The translations under genes and the position numbers were made by a program. 64,000 nucleotides of DNA from Pseudobdellovibrionaceae bacterium. Lineage in GTDB: Bacteria; Pseudomonadota; Alphaproteobacteria; Micavibrionales; Micavibrionaceae. The stretch spans positions 36,690 to 100,689 of the forward strand of contig JAVEVE010000006.1 in the NCBI GenBank assembly GCA_034005165.1, written 5' to 3'. This document shows positions 47,719-57,404 of the stretch, piece by piece; position 1 is the stretch's first letter; each line of letters begins with the position of its first letter. The notes beneath the pieces are model-generated. The model worked only from the letters and a program-made list of their open reading frames with translations, was not told the origin of the DNA and did no database searches.

Positions 47719-48921
47719 TTGATGCTGCGCAATCTGCTTTTTGTAATTTCTACGATGATTCTGTGCGCGGGCTTATTGTCAGCTTGCGTTAGCACCAGCG
47801 GGACACCTTGGAAAACAAGCTCTGCAACTCGAACCTCCCAAACCCAGCAAGGCAACGCGCCCCAATCTACGCAAAATGAGAACATGGCTCTCAATGGCCA
47901 CCCTCTGATCGAGGTCAAGTCAAAAGTTGCCATGCTATTGCCCCTTAGCGGTCGCGGCAGCGATACGGGAACAGCAATGCTGAATGCTGCGCTTTTGGCG
48001 ATGAATGATCTCGGAGCTTCTGACTTATTTGAACTTGTTCCGAAAGATACGGGTCAGGGTGCTGCGGCGGCAGCCCAAGAAGCCATGTCCGAAGGAGCTG
48101 GTTTAATTCTGGGGCCAGTTTTTTCCGATGACACCAAGGCGGTTGCACCTATCGCAGTCCAGCGTGGCGTTGGGGTTGTGTCATTTTCAACAGATACAAC
48201 AGCGGCGATGGGCACAACCTACCTGATGGGATTTGTTCCTCAAACGCAAGTCGAGCAAATCATTGATTTTGCTGGAAAAAGAGGATTAAGGCAGATTGCA
48301 TTGGTCGCCCCGCGGAATGCGTATGGAGACGCAGTGGCAGCAACCTATTATTCCCAAATGCAATTGCGCGGACTGCAAAATACCGGACTAATCCGCTATT
48401 CTGGTCAATTACCAACCTCAACTGATCTGTCCCCTTTAACTCAAAACCAGCCCCAAGCCATTCTTATTGCAACGCCATCTTCTGTAGCTGCCCAGATCTC
48501 TGCCCAGCTCAATAGCTTGGGACTGATCCAAACGCAGATCAAACGCTTGGGAACCGGATTATGGGATGACTCAGATTCCCCTAAATTCAGCGAACTTCAA
48601 GGTGCTTGGTACGCAGCCTCATCTCCTGATTTGCGAGTCCGTTTCGAGCGCCGTTACCGCGAAATGTACGGGGAACACCCACCTCGTCTTGCATCTTTGG
48701 CCTATGATGCTACAGCACTGGCTGTTGTTTTATCCAAAACAGGGAAAGGGTACGGGCGTCAGGCTCTTACAAATCCTAACGGATTTGCGGGCATTGATGG
48801 TATCTTCCGCTTCCGCATGGACGGATTGGCAGATCGCGGGCTTGGAATTTTAGAAATATCTAATGGACGAGCTGTGCAAATTCAAAACGCTCCCGCCAGT
48901 TTCGCTACATCAAACCGTTAG
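47719..48921 (+). CDS. LpoA/LppC-like periplasmic-binding-fold lipoprotein (penicillin-binding protein activator family)
   Basis: 400 aa. Lipobox LLSAC and a type I periplasmic binding protein-like body. Divergent from rsmI, as lpoA is in E. coli. Confidence 0.55.
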   Translation: MMLRNLLFVISTMILCAGLLSACVSTSGTPWKTSSATRTSQTQQGNAPQSTQNENMALNGHPLIEVKSKVAMLLPLSGRGSDTGTAMLNAALLAMNDLGASDLFELVPKDTGQGAAAAAQEAMSEGAGLILGPVFSDDTKAVAPIAVQRGVGVVSFSTDTTAAMGTTYLMGFVPQTQVEQIIDFAGKRGLRQIALVAPRNAYGDAVAATYYSQMQLRGLQNTGLIRYSGQLPTSTDLSPLTQNQPQAILIATPSSVAAQISAQLNSLGLIQTQIKRLGTGLWDDSDSPKFSELQGAWYAASSPDLRVRFERRYREMYGEHPPRLASLAYDATALAVVLSKTGKGYGRQALTNPNGFAGIDGIFRFRMDGLADRGLGILEISNGRAVQIQNAPASFATSNR

Positions 48922-49043
48922 CAAACGCAAAAAATATCAGGAAAACTCATTTTTTTAGTTAGTTTTGCTTGCGCTTTTCCTTCATTTGGGGGTAAAACTC
49001 CACGCTTCAAATACTGCTAGACCAGACCGAAAGAGGAAAAACC

Positions 49044-49712
49044 ATGGCCGCATCCGCCGCTCCGAAAGAGCGTTCCGACGCTCCTGAATTTGATCTGCCG
49101 ACACCAGAAGGGCAAGATCAAGGCGGAATGACCTCCGTATCGAGCAAAGCCTCCGGACGCCCACGTTCAGAAAAATCCCGTAACGCGATTCTTGATGCCA
49201 CCAACAAACTGTTACTGCACATGTCCGTGCGCGAAGTGTCAATTGAAGCCGTTGCCAAAAAGGCCGGTGTCGGAAAGACAACCATATACAGGTGGTGGCC
49301 CAATAAAGTCGGCTTGATTTTGGATGCAATCTCCGGCCCCATGGGCGTACTCCCCGCTCCCGTTGACGGCGCAGATGTCAAAGATTCTCTAACCAAGCAG
49401 CTCGAGCGCTTTACCCGCATTTGCCGCGGAAGAGGCGGCAAAATTATTGCTGAAATTTATGCAGAAGCTCAAGGAGATCCAGAACTCCAAGCTCTATTCT
49501 TTGAAAAATTCATGCTTCAACATGAAGAAATTCTAGCCAGTATTATCCAGTCAGGAAAGGACAAAGGTGTCTTTGAAGCCGGAATGGATACCGGTTTGGC
49601 AGTTGATATGATCTACGGATCTGTTTTCTATCACCTGATGAGCAATCCTGAGCCTTTGGATCAGAGTTTCTCGAATACCTTAATTATGCAAGCGTTGCGT
49701 ATTCTGAAGTAA
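49044..49712 (+). CDS. TetR family transcriptional regulator with a ~40-aa disordered N-terminal extension
   Basis: HTH region [44 protein letters not shown]. Confidence 0.88.
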   Translation: MAASAAPKERSDAPEFDLPTPEGQDQGGMTSVSSKASGRPRSEKSRNAILDATNKLLLHMSVREVSIEAVAKKAGVGKTTIYRWWPNKVGLILDAISGPMGVLPAPVDGADVKDSLTKQLERFTRICRGRGGKIIAEIYAEAQGDPELQALFFEKFMLQHEEILASIIQSGKDKGVFEAGMDTGLAVDMIYGSVFYHLMSNPEPLDQSFSNTLIMQALRILK

Positions 49713-50437
49713 TGAGTGATCTATTCGATTATAACGAGTCTGAAATCAAGTCGGACGAAGCGGAAGGAGTCCAAACTTCATCCTCTCCCGATTGCGGCCT
49801 CTATATTATTATACCCTCCTCCGATGACCATGAGAAGCAAGCCTTCTTGTTGGCGCAGGCCCTTCATGCGGCCAATCGCTTTTCCTCTTACGCCATGAAC
49901 CGGCATGTGGTTGAATTTCGCCCTGAAACCGTCACAGATGCTGATAAGCTCAAGGATATTGCAAAAGCCTACTGTGACGTTGCACAGCGCAACGGTTTCA
50001 TTTATCTCATTTATGACAACCCTATTCTCGCGCGAGAGATCGGTGCGGACGGTGTTTTGTGTTCTTCTTTAAAGAAATGCTCTGACGCACGTAAATTGCT
50101 TGATGAAACAGCGATTATCGGCCTCCGGGCGTCCAACAAAGAATCCGCGCAATCCGCCGTTTCTCTGGAACTTGATTATGTGTGCTTCCACACGCAGAAA
50201 AGCGGCGAACCCCTTATTGATCTTTTGCATTGGTGGACAACAACAACAGATATGCCTGTCGCCATTGAACATGAGTTCGATCAGGAAAACTGTGCTCCAT
50301 TTGTTTCAGGTGGAGCGACTTTTATTGACGCGTCCCATCATATTTGGACACACCCTTCAGGTAATCCAATGCAAGGAACAGTCAATATGCTGGATGCGAT
50401 TGAACGTCACGCGTCAAAGCCACAAGCTCTCAACTAA
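49712..50437 (+). CDS. Thiamine-phosphate synthase (ThiE/TenI)-like TIM-barrel protein, divergent
   Basis: 241 aa. LYIIIP.., FIYLIYDNPILAREIGADGVL and LDYVCFH follow the ThiE layout, but the HLGQxD-type segment reads VLCSS. TAATG overlap with the TetR stop. Confidence 0.5.
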   Translation: MSDLFDYNESEIKSDEAEGVQTSSSPDCGLYIIIPSSDDHEKQAFLLAQALHAANRFSSYAMNRHVVEFRPETVTDADKLKDIAKAYCDVAQRNGFIYLIYDNPILAREIGADGVLCSSLKKCSDARKLLDETAIIGLRASNKESAQSAVSLELDYVCFHTQKSGEPLIDLLHWWTTTTDMPVAIEHEFDQENCAPFVSGGATFIDASHHIWTHPSGNPMQGTVNMLDAIERHASKPQALN

Positions 50438-50444
50438 TAAAAAA

Positions 50445-50463
50445 GCCCCCGATTGGGGGCTTT
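50445..50463. terminator. Bidirectional rho-independent terminator between convergent genes
   Basis: AAAAA-GCCCCC-GATT-GGGGGC-TTT. Confidence 0.75.
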
Positions 50464-50483
50464 AAACTTCTTTATCACATTAA

Positions 50484-51041
50484 CTAGGCGGCCTGAGCCA
50501 GTGTGCTTTGAGTGTATTTTGCAGATTCGATAGCTGCTGCTGCTGCATTGATTGTTGCAGCGATACGCAGAGCGCATTGAATTTGCTCGGTGCTCATTCC
50601 AGCTTTAGCAACTTGAGCTTCGTGTGCGTCAAGGCACATGCCACATCCGTTGATTGCAGAAACTGCCATTGACCAGAGCTCAAAGTCTATCTTATCTACG
50701 CCGTGGCTCGCGATGAAAGTCATACGCAGTTTTGCCGGCATATTTTGATATTCTTTGTTGCTCATCAAGTGAACGCTGCGATAATAGACATTATTCATGG
50801 CCATAATCGTTGCTGCTCCACAGGCTGCATTGCGTGCTTCGGAACTCAAATGCCCCGAGGCTTCAGCGTCAATTGCAGAGATCACATCAGCCTGACGGGT
50901 TGCCATGGCGCAAGCCAAGTAGCAGCCCCAGAGCTGTTGCTCATTAAGCGTTTCTTCACCAGCCAGATTGGAAAGATTGAGTTTAATATCTTTCGCATAT
51001 TCCGGCAGAGCATTACGCAGATCTTCCAATGAATTCATCAT
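50484..51041 (-). CDS. ahpD: Alkyl hydroperoxide reductase AhpD (carboxymuconolactone decarboxylase family)
   Basis: LRNALPEYAKDIKLNLSN and FELWSMAVSAINGCGMCLDAHE closely match M. tuberculosis AhpD as I recall it. MM start at 51041/51038, just after the ahpC stop. Confidence 0.92.
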   Translation of the reverse strand: MMNSLEDLRNALPEYAKDIKLNLSNLAGEETLNEQQLWGCYLACAMATRQADVISAIDAEASGHLSSEARNAACGAATIMAMNNVYYRSVHLMSNKEYQNMPAKLRMTFIASHGVDKIDFELWSMAVSAINGCGMCLDAHEAQVAKAGMSTEQIQCALRIAATINAAAAAIESAKYTQSTLAQAA

Positions 51042-51043
51042 TG

Positions 51044-51607
51044 TTAAGCTGCCTTGCTCAGGTCGATGTTGTCGCCGCCAACCGGACGGTTGCAAGGGCA
51101 GAGTTCATCTGTTTGAAGAGCATCAAGAATACGCAATACTTCTTTAGGGTTACGCCCAACATTCAGGTTGTTCACAGATACGTGTTGGATCACGTTATGC
51201 GGGTCAACGATGTAAGTTGCGCGGTAAGCAACACCGGAATCCTCACGGATACCCAGACCGTCAATCAAAGAGCCGTTTGTATCGGCAAATTGCCATTGTG
51301 GCAATTGAGCGAGGTCTTTGTGTTCACGGCGCCAAGCCAACTTGCAGAATTCGTTGTCACAGCTTCCGCCAAGAACAACTGCATCACGATCAGCAAATTC
51401 GGAATCGAGTTTAGCGAATTCAACGATTTCAGTCGGGCAAACAAATGTGAAGTCTTTCGGGTAGAAGTAGAAGACCTTCCATTTACCAGCAAAACTTTCT
51501 TCGGTAATGGTTTCAAAAGCGGCTTCGCCGTTTTCTTCGTGCTTCATAAATTTCGGTTTTACACCAACAATTTCAAATTCAGGCATATGATCGCCAACAC
51601 CAAGCAT
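51044..51607 (-). CDS. ahpC: Peroxiredoxin AhpC (AhpC/TSA family)
   Basis: 187 aa with the peroxidatic Cys motif DFTFVCPTEI. Confidence 0.93.
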   Translation of the reverse strand: MLGVGDHMPEFEIVGVKPKFMKHEENGEAAFETITEESFAGKWKVFYFYPKDFTFVCPTEIVEFAKLDSEFADRDAVVLGGSCDNEFCKLAWRREHKDLAQLPQWQFADTNGSLIDGLGIREDSGVAYRATYIVDPHNVIQHVSVNNLNVGRNPKEVLRILDALQTDELCPCNRPVGGDNIDLSKAA

Positions 51608-51680
51608 GGTTATCTCCTTACGTAGGGTTAAAATTTATTCTTATGGGAGACAACATGGCCTTTTTTCAACTAAAAATCCA

Positions 51681-51721
51681 ATAGATAATTTCTTGACATC
51701 TATCGAATTTTTGAATAAATA
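51681..51721 (+). promoter_or_regulatory. Candidate OxyR site overlapping a sigma70-like oxyR promoter
   Basis: ATAG-N15-CTAT inverted element at 51681-51703 contains TTGACA (51693-51698). TAAATA follows after 17 nt (51716-51721), 35 nt upstream of the oxyR ATG. Lies in the ahpC-oxyR divergent region. Confidence 0.35.
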
Positions 51722-51755
51722 ATCATTTGTTTTATATAATAAATTATATTTCATT

Positions 51756-52670
51756 ATGAAACTCCCAAGCGCACGACAATTACAATATTTTCTGGCGGTT
51801 GCCGATCACCTCTCCTTTTCCAAGGCAGCGGAGAGCTGCCATATCACTCAATCAACCCTCAGCAACGGGTTGAGCGAGCTAGAAGATATTCTGGGCAAAA
51901 AGCTCTTTATTCGGGATACACGCAAGGTCGCACTGACTCCTGCCGGAGAAGATCTTATTGCCCCTGTCCATGCTATTCTCGAGCAATTAACCAACCTCAT
52001 TCACTTATCAAGACGATCTCGCGAACCTCTGACGAGCCATCTGGTACTGGGTATTATTCCAACGATTGCTCCCTATTTGCTGCCCCTTCTATTGCCCTTT
52101 CAGCAAAAAGAATATCCTAACCTTGATCTACAATTGCGCGAAGACTTGACATCTCGCCAGCTTGAGTACCTTGAAAAAGGCCGGGTTGATGCTGTCCTCA
52201 TGGCTTTTCCGTATAACATCCCACTCACAGAGCATTTGATTTTATGGAGTGAACCGTTTTATCTGGCATGCACAGATAATCAGGCAAAAAAGCGCAAAAG
52301 TCTCAAAATACAGGATTTATCCGATGAGACTATTCTTCTGCTTGAGGACGGGCATTGCCTTCGGGATCATGTTATTTCAGCCTGTCAACTTTCCCTAAAA
52401 CGATCAGGGTCGGGAATTGGTCATGCTTTGGGGGCGACCAGCCTCCAGACGCTTATACAAATGGTCCAGCACGGATACGGTGCTACACTCCTGCCTCAAA
52501 TGGCCGTGCGGCCCGAGCTGTTACCCGCGGGAATCAAGGCCATTCCCTTCTCTTCCCCTAAACCGTCCAGGCAAATCGGGTTGGTTTGGAGAAAAAATGA
52601 CCCTAGAGCGGAGGAATTTCGCCTTTTGGGTCGTTTAATCAAGAAGGCCTGTTCGCCTTTAATCAGTTGA
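51756..52670 (+). CDS. oxyR: LysR-family hydrogen peroxide-inducible regulator OxyR
   Basis: 304 aa. LRQLQYFLAVADHLSFSKAAESCHITQSTLS HTH, and redox Cys in LLEDGHCLRDH and ISAC. Divergent from ahpCD. Confidence 0.85.
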   Translation: MKLPSARQLQYFLAVADHLSFSKAAESCHITQSTLSNGLSELEDILGKKLFIRDTRKVALTPAGEDLIAPVHAILEQLTNLIHLSRRSREPLTSHLVLGIIPTIAPYLLPLLLPFQQKEYPNLDLQLREDLTSRQLEYLEKGRVDAVLMAFPYNIPLTEHLILWSEPFYLACTDNQAKKRKSLKIQDLSDETILLLEDGHCLRDHVISACQLSLKRSGSGIGHALGATSLQTLIQMVQHGYGATLLPQMAVRPELLPAGIKAIPFSSPKPSRQIGLVWRKNDPRAEEFRLLGRLIKKACSPLIS

Positions 52671-52730
52671 TTTCTTATACTTATGATCTAAACTCTGTCG
52701 CGAGAGTTACCGTTTTTTTTGAGGCCCCAT

Positions 52731-54422
52731 ATGAAAAGCATTCTTCCCCTATCGCTCACTGCCCTTCTTCTTTCATCCTGCTCTTTTATTCCCGGCTATT
52801 CCCAGCCGGATGTTGAAGTCCCCCAAAGATGGAAGCATGAGGTTGACACAGAAAGTCAAGTTCGAATCCCCGAGAAATGGTGGACGCTTTATCAGGACGA
52901 GACGCTAAATATGTTGGCGGAAGATGCACTGACCCAAAATCTTGATTTGCGCGCAGGTTTCGAACGCATCAATCAGGCTCGATCTTCTTTACGTGCAGCA
53001 GGAGCCAGCATGCTTCCTTCAGCAAGTGCCTCTATGGGGGCCGAACGCGCGCGAACCAATCCAGCATCAGGATCGTCTTCAACGGATAATAATTTCTCGG
53101 CAGGACTTGCCATTTCCTATGATCTCGACCTGTTCGGCGCAAACCGCGCTGGAATTGAGGCTGCACGCGCGGCACTGCATTCCCAGCAATATCAACAAGA
53201 AGCTCTCAAGCTCGTTACAATGGGCGATCTGACGGAAGCATACTTTAATCTGCTTTCGACCCGCGAGCGCGTGCGTATTGCGGAAGACAATCTGAAGAAC
53301 TCTCGCGAAGTTTTGCGTATTATTCAAGTGCGTGTTGATACAGGACTTGATTCCGATCTGGAGCTCTCGCAACAGCGTGTTGCAGTATCGTCCAGTGAAG
53401 CTGCCCTTGCCACTCTGAAGCAGCAAGAGTCTGTCTACGAAAATGCTCTCGCTCTGTTGCTCGGACGTGCGCCGCAGACATTCGACTTGATGAGCACCAA
53501 AACAATTGCGGAACTCCCTGTACCAAACATCGCGTTGGAGCAACCATCTTCCCTTCTGGAACGCCGTCCTGATATTCATGTGGCCGAACAGAACCTGATT
53601 GCTGCAAATGCCAATATTGGTGTTGCCCGTGCAGCATTCTTCCCGTCTCTCAATTTGGGAGGAACTGGATCTGCTGCGGTTGCGTCTTTAGGTGATCCTG
53701 CAACAACTTTGCTTGCAGCAACAGCATCTCTGGCTGCTCCCCTTTTCACGGGAGGAAGGCTTGAGGGCAATCTGGATCAAGCTACATCGCAACAACGCGA
53801 GCTGGTTGAAACCTATCGGAAAACAGTGCTGACTGCCTTTAAAGAAGTCGAGGATGCGCTCGCCGCTACCAAGGCTGCCGCAGAGCGTGAAGTCGCGTTA
53901 CGCACAGCTATGAATAATGCGCGCCGCGCCTATGATATTTCCCGCAAGCGTTATGAAGTCGGAACAATCGACTTCCAGACCTTGCTAGATACACAGGCGG
54001 GGCTGCTCAGCGCTGAGGATACCTATGCACAAGCTTTAGATGCCAAATTGTCGGCCTCTGTCGATCTGGTTAAAGCTTTAGGTGGCGGATGGACAAATCC
54101 TGATACGCTGACAACTCCCCAACCTGATGTGGCAGAAATATCTACTTCTGAAACTCCGGTTTCGGAAACTCAAATTGTGGGAGCAGCTTCCTCAGAGACG
54201 CCAGCCCCCCAAGCCATGGTTGCGCAGCCTGACATGGCAATCGCTGTTGAACCAGCAGCTGGTGTAACCGAAGCTGCGGTCCAACCCGTTGAGGCTGCTC
54301 AGGGTACAATTACCGAGACAGTTATTTCTGCTCGTCCGACGGCAGCTCCTTCCAATGAAGGATACGAGCATATGAATGAAGCTCAAAAGCTTGAAGCGCA
54401 AGAGATTTCCGTATCTCCATAA
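52731..54422 (+). CDS. Efflux outer membrane factor lipoprotein, NodT family, with a ~110-aa low-complexity C-terminal tail
   Basis: Lipobox LLLSSC, WW..Y.D..L motif (EKWWTLYQDETLN), two OEP repeats, and LGGGW at the end of the barrel domain. An Ala/Pro/Glu/Thr-rich tail follows. Confidence 0.88.
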   Translation: MKSILPLSLTALLLSSCSFIPGYSQPDVEVPQRWKHEVDTESQVRIPEKWWTLYQDETLNMLAEDALTQNLDLRAGFERINQARSSLRAAGASMLPSASASMGAERARTNPASGSSSTDNNFSAGLAISYDLDLFGANRAGIEAARAALHSQQYQQEALKLVTMGDLTEAYFNLLSTRERVRIAEDNLKNSREVLRIIQVRVDTGLDSDLELSQQRVAVSSSEAALATLKQQESVYENALALLLGRAPQTFDLMSTKTIAELPVPNIALEQPSSLLERRPDIHVAEQNLIAANANIGVARAAFFPSLNLGGTGSAAVASLGDPATTLLAATASLAAPLFTGGRLEGNLDQATSQQRELVETYRKTVLTAFKEVEDALAATKAAAEREVALRTAMNNARRAYDISRKRYEVGTIDFQTLLDTQAGLLSAEDTYAQALDAKLSASVDLVKALGGGWTNPDTLTTPQPDVAEISTSETPVSETQIVGAASSETPAPQAMVAQPDMAIAVEPAAGVTEAAVQPVEAAQGTITETVISARPTAAPSNEGYEHMNEAQKLEAQEISVSP

Positions 54423-54429
54423 ATCAGCG

Positions 54430-54458
54430 TCCCTGACCTCAGGGAATATTTGCTTTTT
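54430..54458 (+). terminator. Hairpin + T-rich tract after the OMF gene
   Basis: TCCCTG-ACCT-CAGGGA followed by ATATTTGCTTTTT. Confidence 0.5.
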
Positions 54459-54484
54459 CTTATAAAATCTCTTAAAAGAGCGGC

Positions 54485-55363
54485 ATGACTTACAAAGTTG
54501 CCGCTCTTTATCGTTTTGTTCCTGTTGCCGACGTGGATAACCATGTCGCAGCCCTTAAGAACCTGTCCGATACATATGATATTTGTGGGACATTGCTGAT
54601 CGCTCCTGAGGGGATTAACGGCACGATTGCCAGTTCCAACGGCGGATGCGATGCGGCTCTTGATTATCTTGAAAGACATTTTGAAATCTTCAAAGGGGAA
54701 GTCAAATTCTCTGAAGCCAGCGAACAACCGTTCCTACGCTACAAAGTTCGTCCCAAAAAAGAGATCGTTACGCTTCGTCAGCCCCAAGCCGATCCAACCA
54801 AACAAGTCGGAACCTATGTTGATCCGAAAGACTGGAATGCGCTGATTGCAGACCCTGATGTCCTGCTCATTGATACGCGCAATGATTACGAAACAAAGAT
54901 CGGTATTTTTGACGGCGCCGTTGACCCCAAGATCAAAGTCTTTACCGAATTTGTCGATTATGTTCGTCAAAATCTCGATCCGGAGAAACACAAAAAAGTT
55001 GCGATGTTTTGTACAGGCGGTATCCGCTGTGAAAAGGCATCAAGCTTTATGCTCGCAGAAGGATTTGGAGAAGTTTATCATCTTAAAGGCGGTATTCTGA
55101 AGTATCTGGAAGATGTACCTGTTGACGAGAGCAAATGGAAAGGCGAATGTTTTGTCTTCGATCGTCGGGTTGGCGTTGCACACGGCCTTGAAGAAGGTCA
55201 TGCCCGTATTTGTCATGGATGCCGAGCAACACTCATGTCCAATGATCTTATGAGCGAAAAATACGAATATGGTGTTTCCTGCCCGCATTGTTATGACGGG
55301 TTGGATGAAAAAGAAATTGCCGCACGACGTATGCGACATTCCCAAATAGTCAAAACAGCCTAA
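54485..55363 (+). CDS. trhO: Rhodanese-related tRNA uridine(34) hydroxylase TrhO (YceA/UPF0176)
   Basis: 292 aa with an N-terminal YRF..V signature, rhodanese active site CTGGIRCEKAS and C-terminal Cys pairs. Confidence 0.88.
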   Translation: MTYKVAALYRFVPVADVDNHVAALKNLSDTYDICGTLLIAPEGINGTIASSNGGCDAALDYLERHFEIFKGEVKFSEASEQPFLRYKVRPKKEIVTLRQPQADPTKQVGTYVDPKDWNALIADPDVLLIDTRNDYETKIGIFDGAVDPKIKVFTEFVDYVRQNLDPEKHKKVAMFCTGGIRCEKASSFMLAEGFGEVYHLKGGILKYLEDVPVDESKWKGECFVFDRRVGVAHGLEEGHARICHGCRATLMSNDLMSEKYEYGVSCPHCYDGLDEKEIAARRMRHSQIVKTA

Positions 55364-55368
55364 TCAGA

Positions 55369-56142
55369 TTATTTGGACGGAACGACATCCAGATAGATGC
55401 GGTGCCCGTATGCACCAGACGGATTTAAGCGGGCAGTGGTCAAAACCTTTGCCGTCATCTTCAACTGAATAACAAGGTGAGAGCCTGTTTCGTCGGAACT
55501 AGCAGAAAAAGACTTCACCATCGGAGAAGACTTTAAGTCCATACTCTTGGTTGCGACCCACTTGTTTCCAGGCAATTCTACCATCAAAATATGCTCGCCG
55601 TTATCAAGATCAAATTTCATCTCAGCCGGCTTTGTCGTATCCAGAACAATGCGTGTGACATCATTTTTCTGTTCCCCAATACGAATAGAAGTTACTGCGG
55701 CTTCTTTGGGGCTTACAGCAACAGCCTTTTCTTGTTGTTCCGGTTTTTGCACAGGCTTGGGAGCTAACATAGGTGGCACAGGTTTGGGTGCTACCGGCTG
55801 TTGAGCTATAGGCTTCGGAACTTGTTGTGCATCTGCCGTCACGTTATAACTGGCCTCGATCCGGTCCAACTCAAGTGATAAAGCTCGAAAATGGCTTTGC
55901 ATCACATCCATTTTTTGCAAAGTCGGCTTTGCCCTTGCAACATCCCCCTCCAATCGGGACACTCGGGCCTCGATCATAGACAGTCTTTCGCCATCCAGTG
56001 TCTCTTTACTGACTTCAGGAACAGGGTTTTGGGGCATTACTGTGTCGTCTGGAGCTTTTTGAGGCTGTTGGACAGGTGCTGCCTGGCAGGCAGCCAAAGC
56101 GAGCGTCGAAAGTAATAAAAGGGATAAATGGTTCTTGCGCAT
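55369..56142 (-). CDS. Lipoprotein with coiled coil, Pro-rich linker and C-terminal AMIN-like domain
   Basis: From ATG 56142: lipobox LALAAC, a coiled-coil segment, PKPIAQQPVAPKPVPPMLAPKPVQKP, then VTSIRIGEQKNDVTRIVLDTTKPAEMKFDL...LMVELPG (AMIN-like). Confidence 0.55.
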   Translation of the reverse strand: MRKNHLSLLLLSTLALAACQAAPVQQPQKAPDDTVMPQNPVPEVSKETLDGERLSMIEARVSRLEGDVARAKPTLQKMDVMQSHFRALSLELDRIEASYNVTADAQQVPKPIAQQPVAPKPVPPMLAPKPVQKPEQQEKAVAVSPKEAAVTSIRIGEQKNDVTRIVLDTTKPAEMKFDLDNGEHILMVELPGNKWVATKSMDLKSSPMVKSFSASSDETGSHLVIQLKMTAKVLTTARLNPSGAYGHRIYLDVVPSK

Positions 56143-56226
56143 GGGTCCTAAAGTGTCGGGAGAATCGGTAATCGTCAATTCCTCCCCTATTTCCGCACAG
56201 AATTATCCACAAACCTTCTTGCTGTT

Positions 56227-57324
56227 TTATTTCGATATTACACGTTCATAAACAGAGAGTGTTCTTTGAGCCATTGTGGAAAAAGTAAATTCTTGTTCAT
56301 AGCGCTTTCGTCCGGCTTGCCCCATATCCAAAAGTGACAGTCTATCCGACAGGATTTTTCTAAGCTCCTTAAGCAAAAACTCGTCGGATCCGGGAGGTAC
56401 AAGAATGCCCGTCTTACGGTGGTCAATAAGCTCGGAAACACCCCCCACGTCACTGGCTATGACGGGAATACCCGCTCGCATCGCTTCGATAATTGTCAAA
56501 GGCAACCCTTCCCAATTGCTAATGAGCGCAAAAAGGTCAGCCTGTTGCATCAGTTGCGGTACGTCCAACCGCTCTCCAAGGAAATTGATACGATCATCCA
56601 TTTCCATGTGTTTGACCATCTGGCGCAATTCCATATCATCTCCGCCACCGATAAAATCCAATTCCCAATCCAGATCTGTGCACCCCCAAAGAGCGCGGAC
56701 CAATCTGGCATGATCTTTTTGCAGGCCTACGCGCGCCACCATCAAAATTTTGATTGGTCCGGACGCAACCTGATTATGCGGCTCAGAAACCAGAAACGGC
56801 ATGCCATTACGAACAGTACTGATCTTTGATGGCTCGATGATCCGGTTTTTGAGAGCCAGCTGCCGATCATACTCGCTAACAGTGATAATATGATTTGAGA
56901 ACAGGGCTGCAATTTTTTCAAGTACTTTATAAACCAGTTTACCGAATGTCGGCACACCATCGGTAAATGCCCAACCATGGGCCGTAAAAATCACAGGAAT
57001 ACCAAGAGATCTTGCAGCAAGACGGCCCAGTAACCCTGCTTTTGACGAATGGCATGTAACAATGTCAGGCTTGATATCTTTTAAAACAGATCTAATTTGG
57101 CGAAACGCTTTCCAATCCTTTACGGGATGGATGCTCCGCTGCAGATCTTCGATCTCATAGTATGGAATTCCTTGATTCTCAACAATATCAGAGACTTTTC
57201 CCGACCAACCGGAAAGCAGGGAAACATCATGCCCTTGACCATGCATGAACAAACACAGATCGCGCACATGGACCTGTGCCCCGCCAAATTCGTCCATACG
57301 TGTGATTAAATAGGCTATTTTCAT
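56227..57324 (-). CDS. Glycosyltransferase family 4 (GT-B)
   Basis: 365 aa. GG at the N-terminus (DEFGGAQVHV) and EGLPLTIIEAMRAGIPVIASDVGG (E-x7-E region). Confidence 0.85.
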   Translation of the reverse strand: MKIAYLITRMDEFGGAQVHVRDLCLFMHGQGHDVSLLSGWSGKVSDIVENQGIPYYEIEDLQRSIHPVKDWKAFRQIRSVLKDIKPDIVTCHSSKAGLLGRLAARSLGIPVIFTAHGWAFTDGVPTFGKLVYKVLEKIAALFSNHIITVSEYDRQLALKNRIIEPSKISTVRNGMPFLVSEPHNQVASGPIKILMVARVGLQKDHARLVRALWGCTDLDWELDFIGGGDDMELRQMVKHMEMDDRINFLGERLDVPQLMQQADLFALISNWEGLPLTIIEAMRAGIPVIASDVGGVSELIDHRKTGILVPPGSDEFLLKELRKILSDRLSLLDMGQAGRKRYEQEFTFSTMAQRTLSVYERVISK

Positions 57325-57404
57325 GTTTTTAGGTTCGACATATTCGCTTTCAATTTAGTATATAGTCATATCAGCAGAATGAGACCAGAAGAAAGATATA
57401 GATA

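Noticed and set aside
46773-47933. 386-aa version of rsmI with an 80-aa N-terminal extension
   Set aside because: The extension overlaps the divergent LpoA-like gene by more than 200 nt and has no RsmI similarity. The internal ATG at 47696 gives a normal-length protein.
52860-52869. GTTCGAATCC, a tRNA T-loop-like string
   Set aside because: It lies inside the OMF coding region, and the flanking bases cannot form a T-stem or an acceptor stem.
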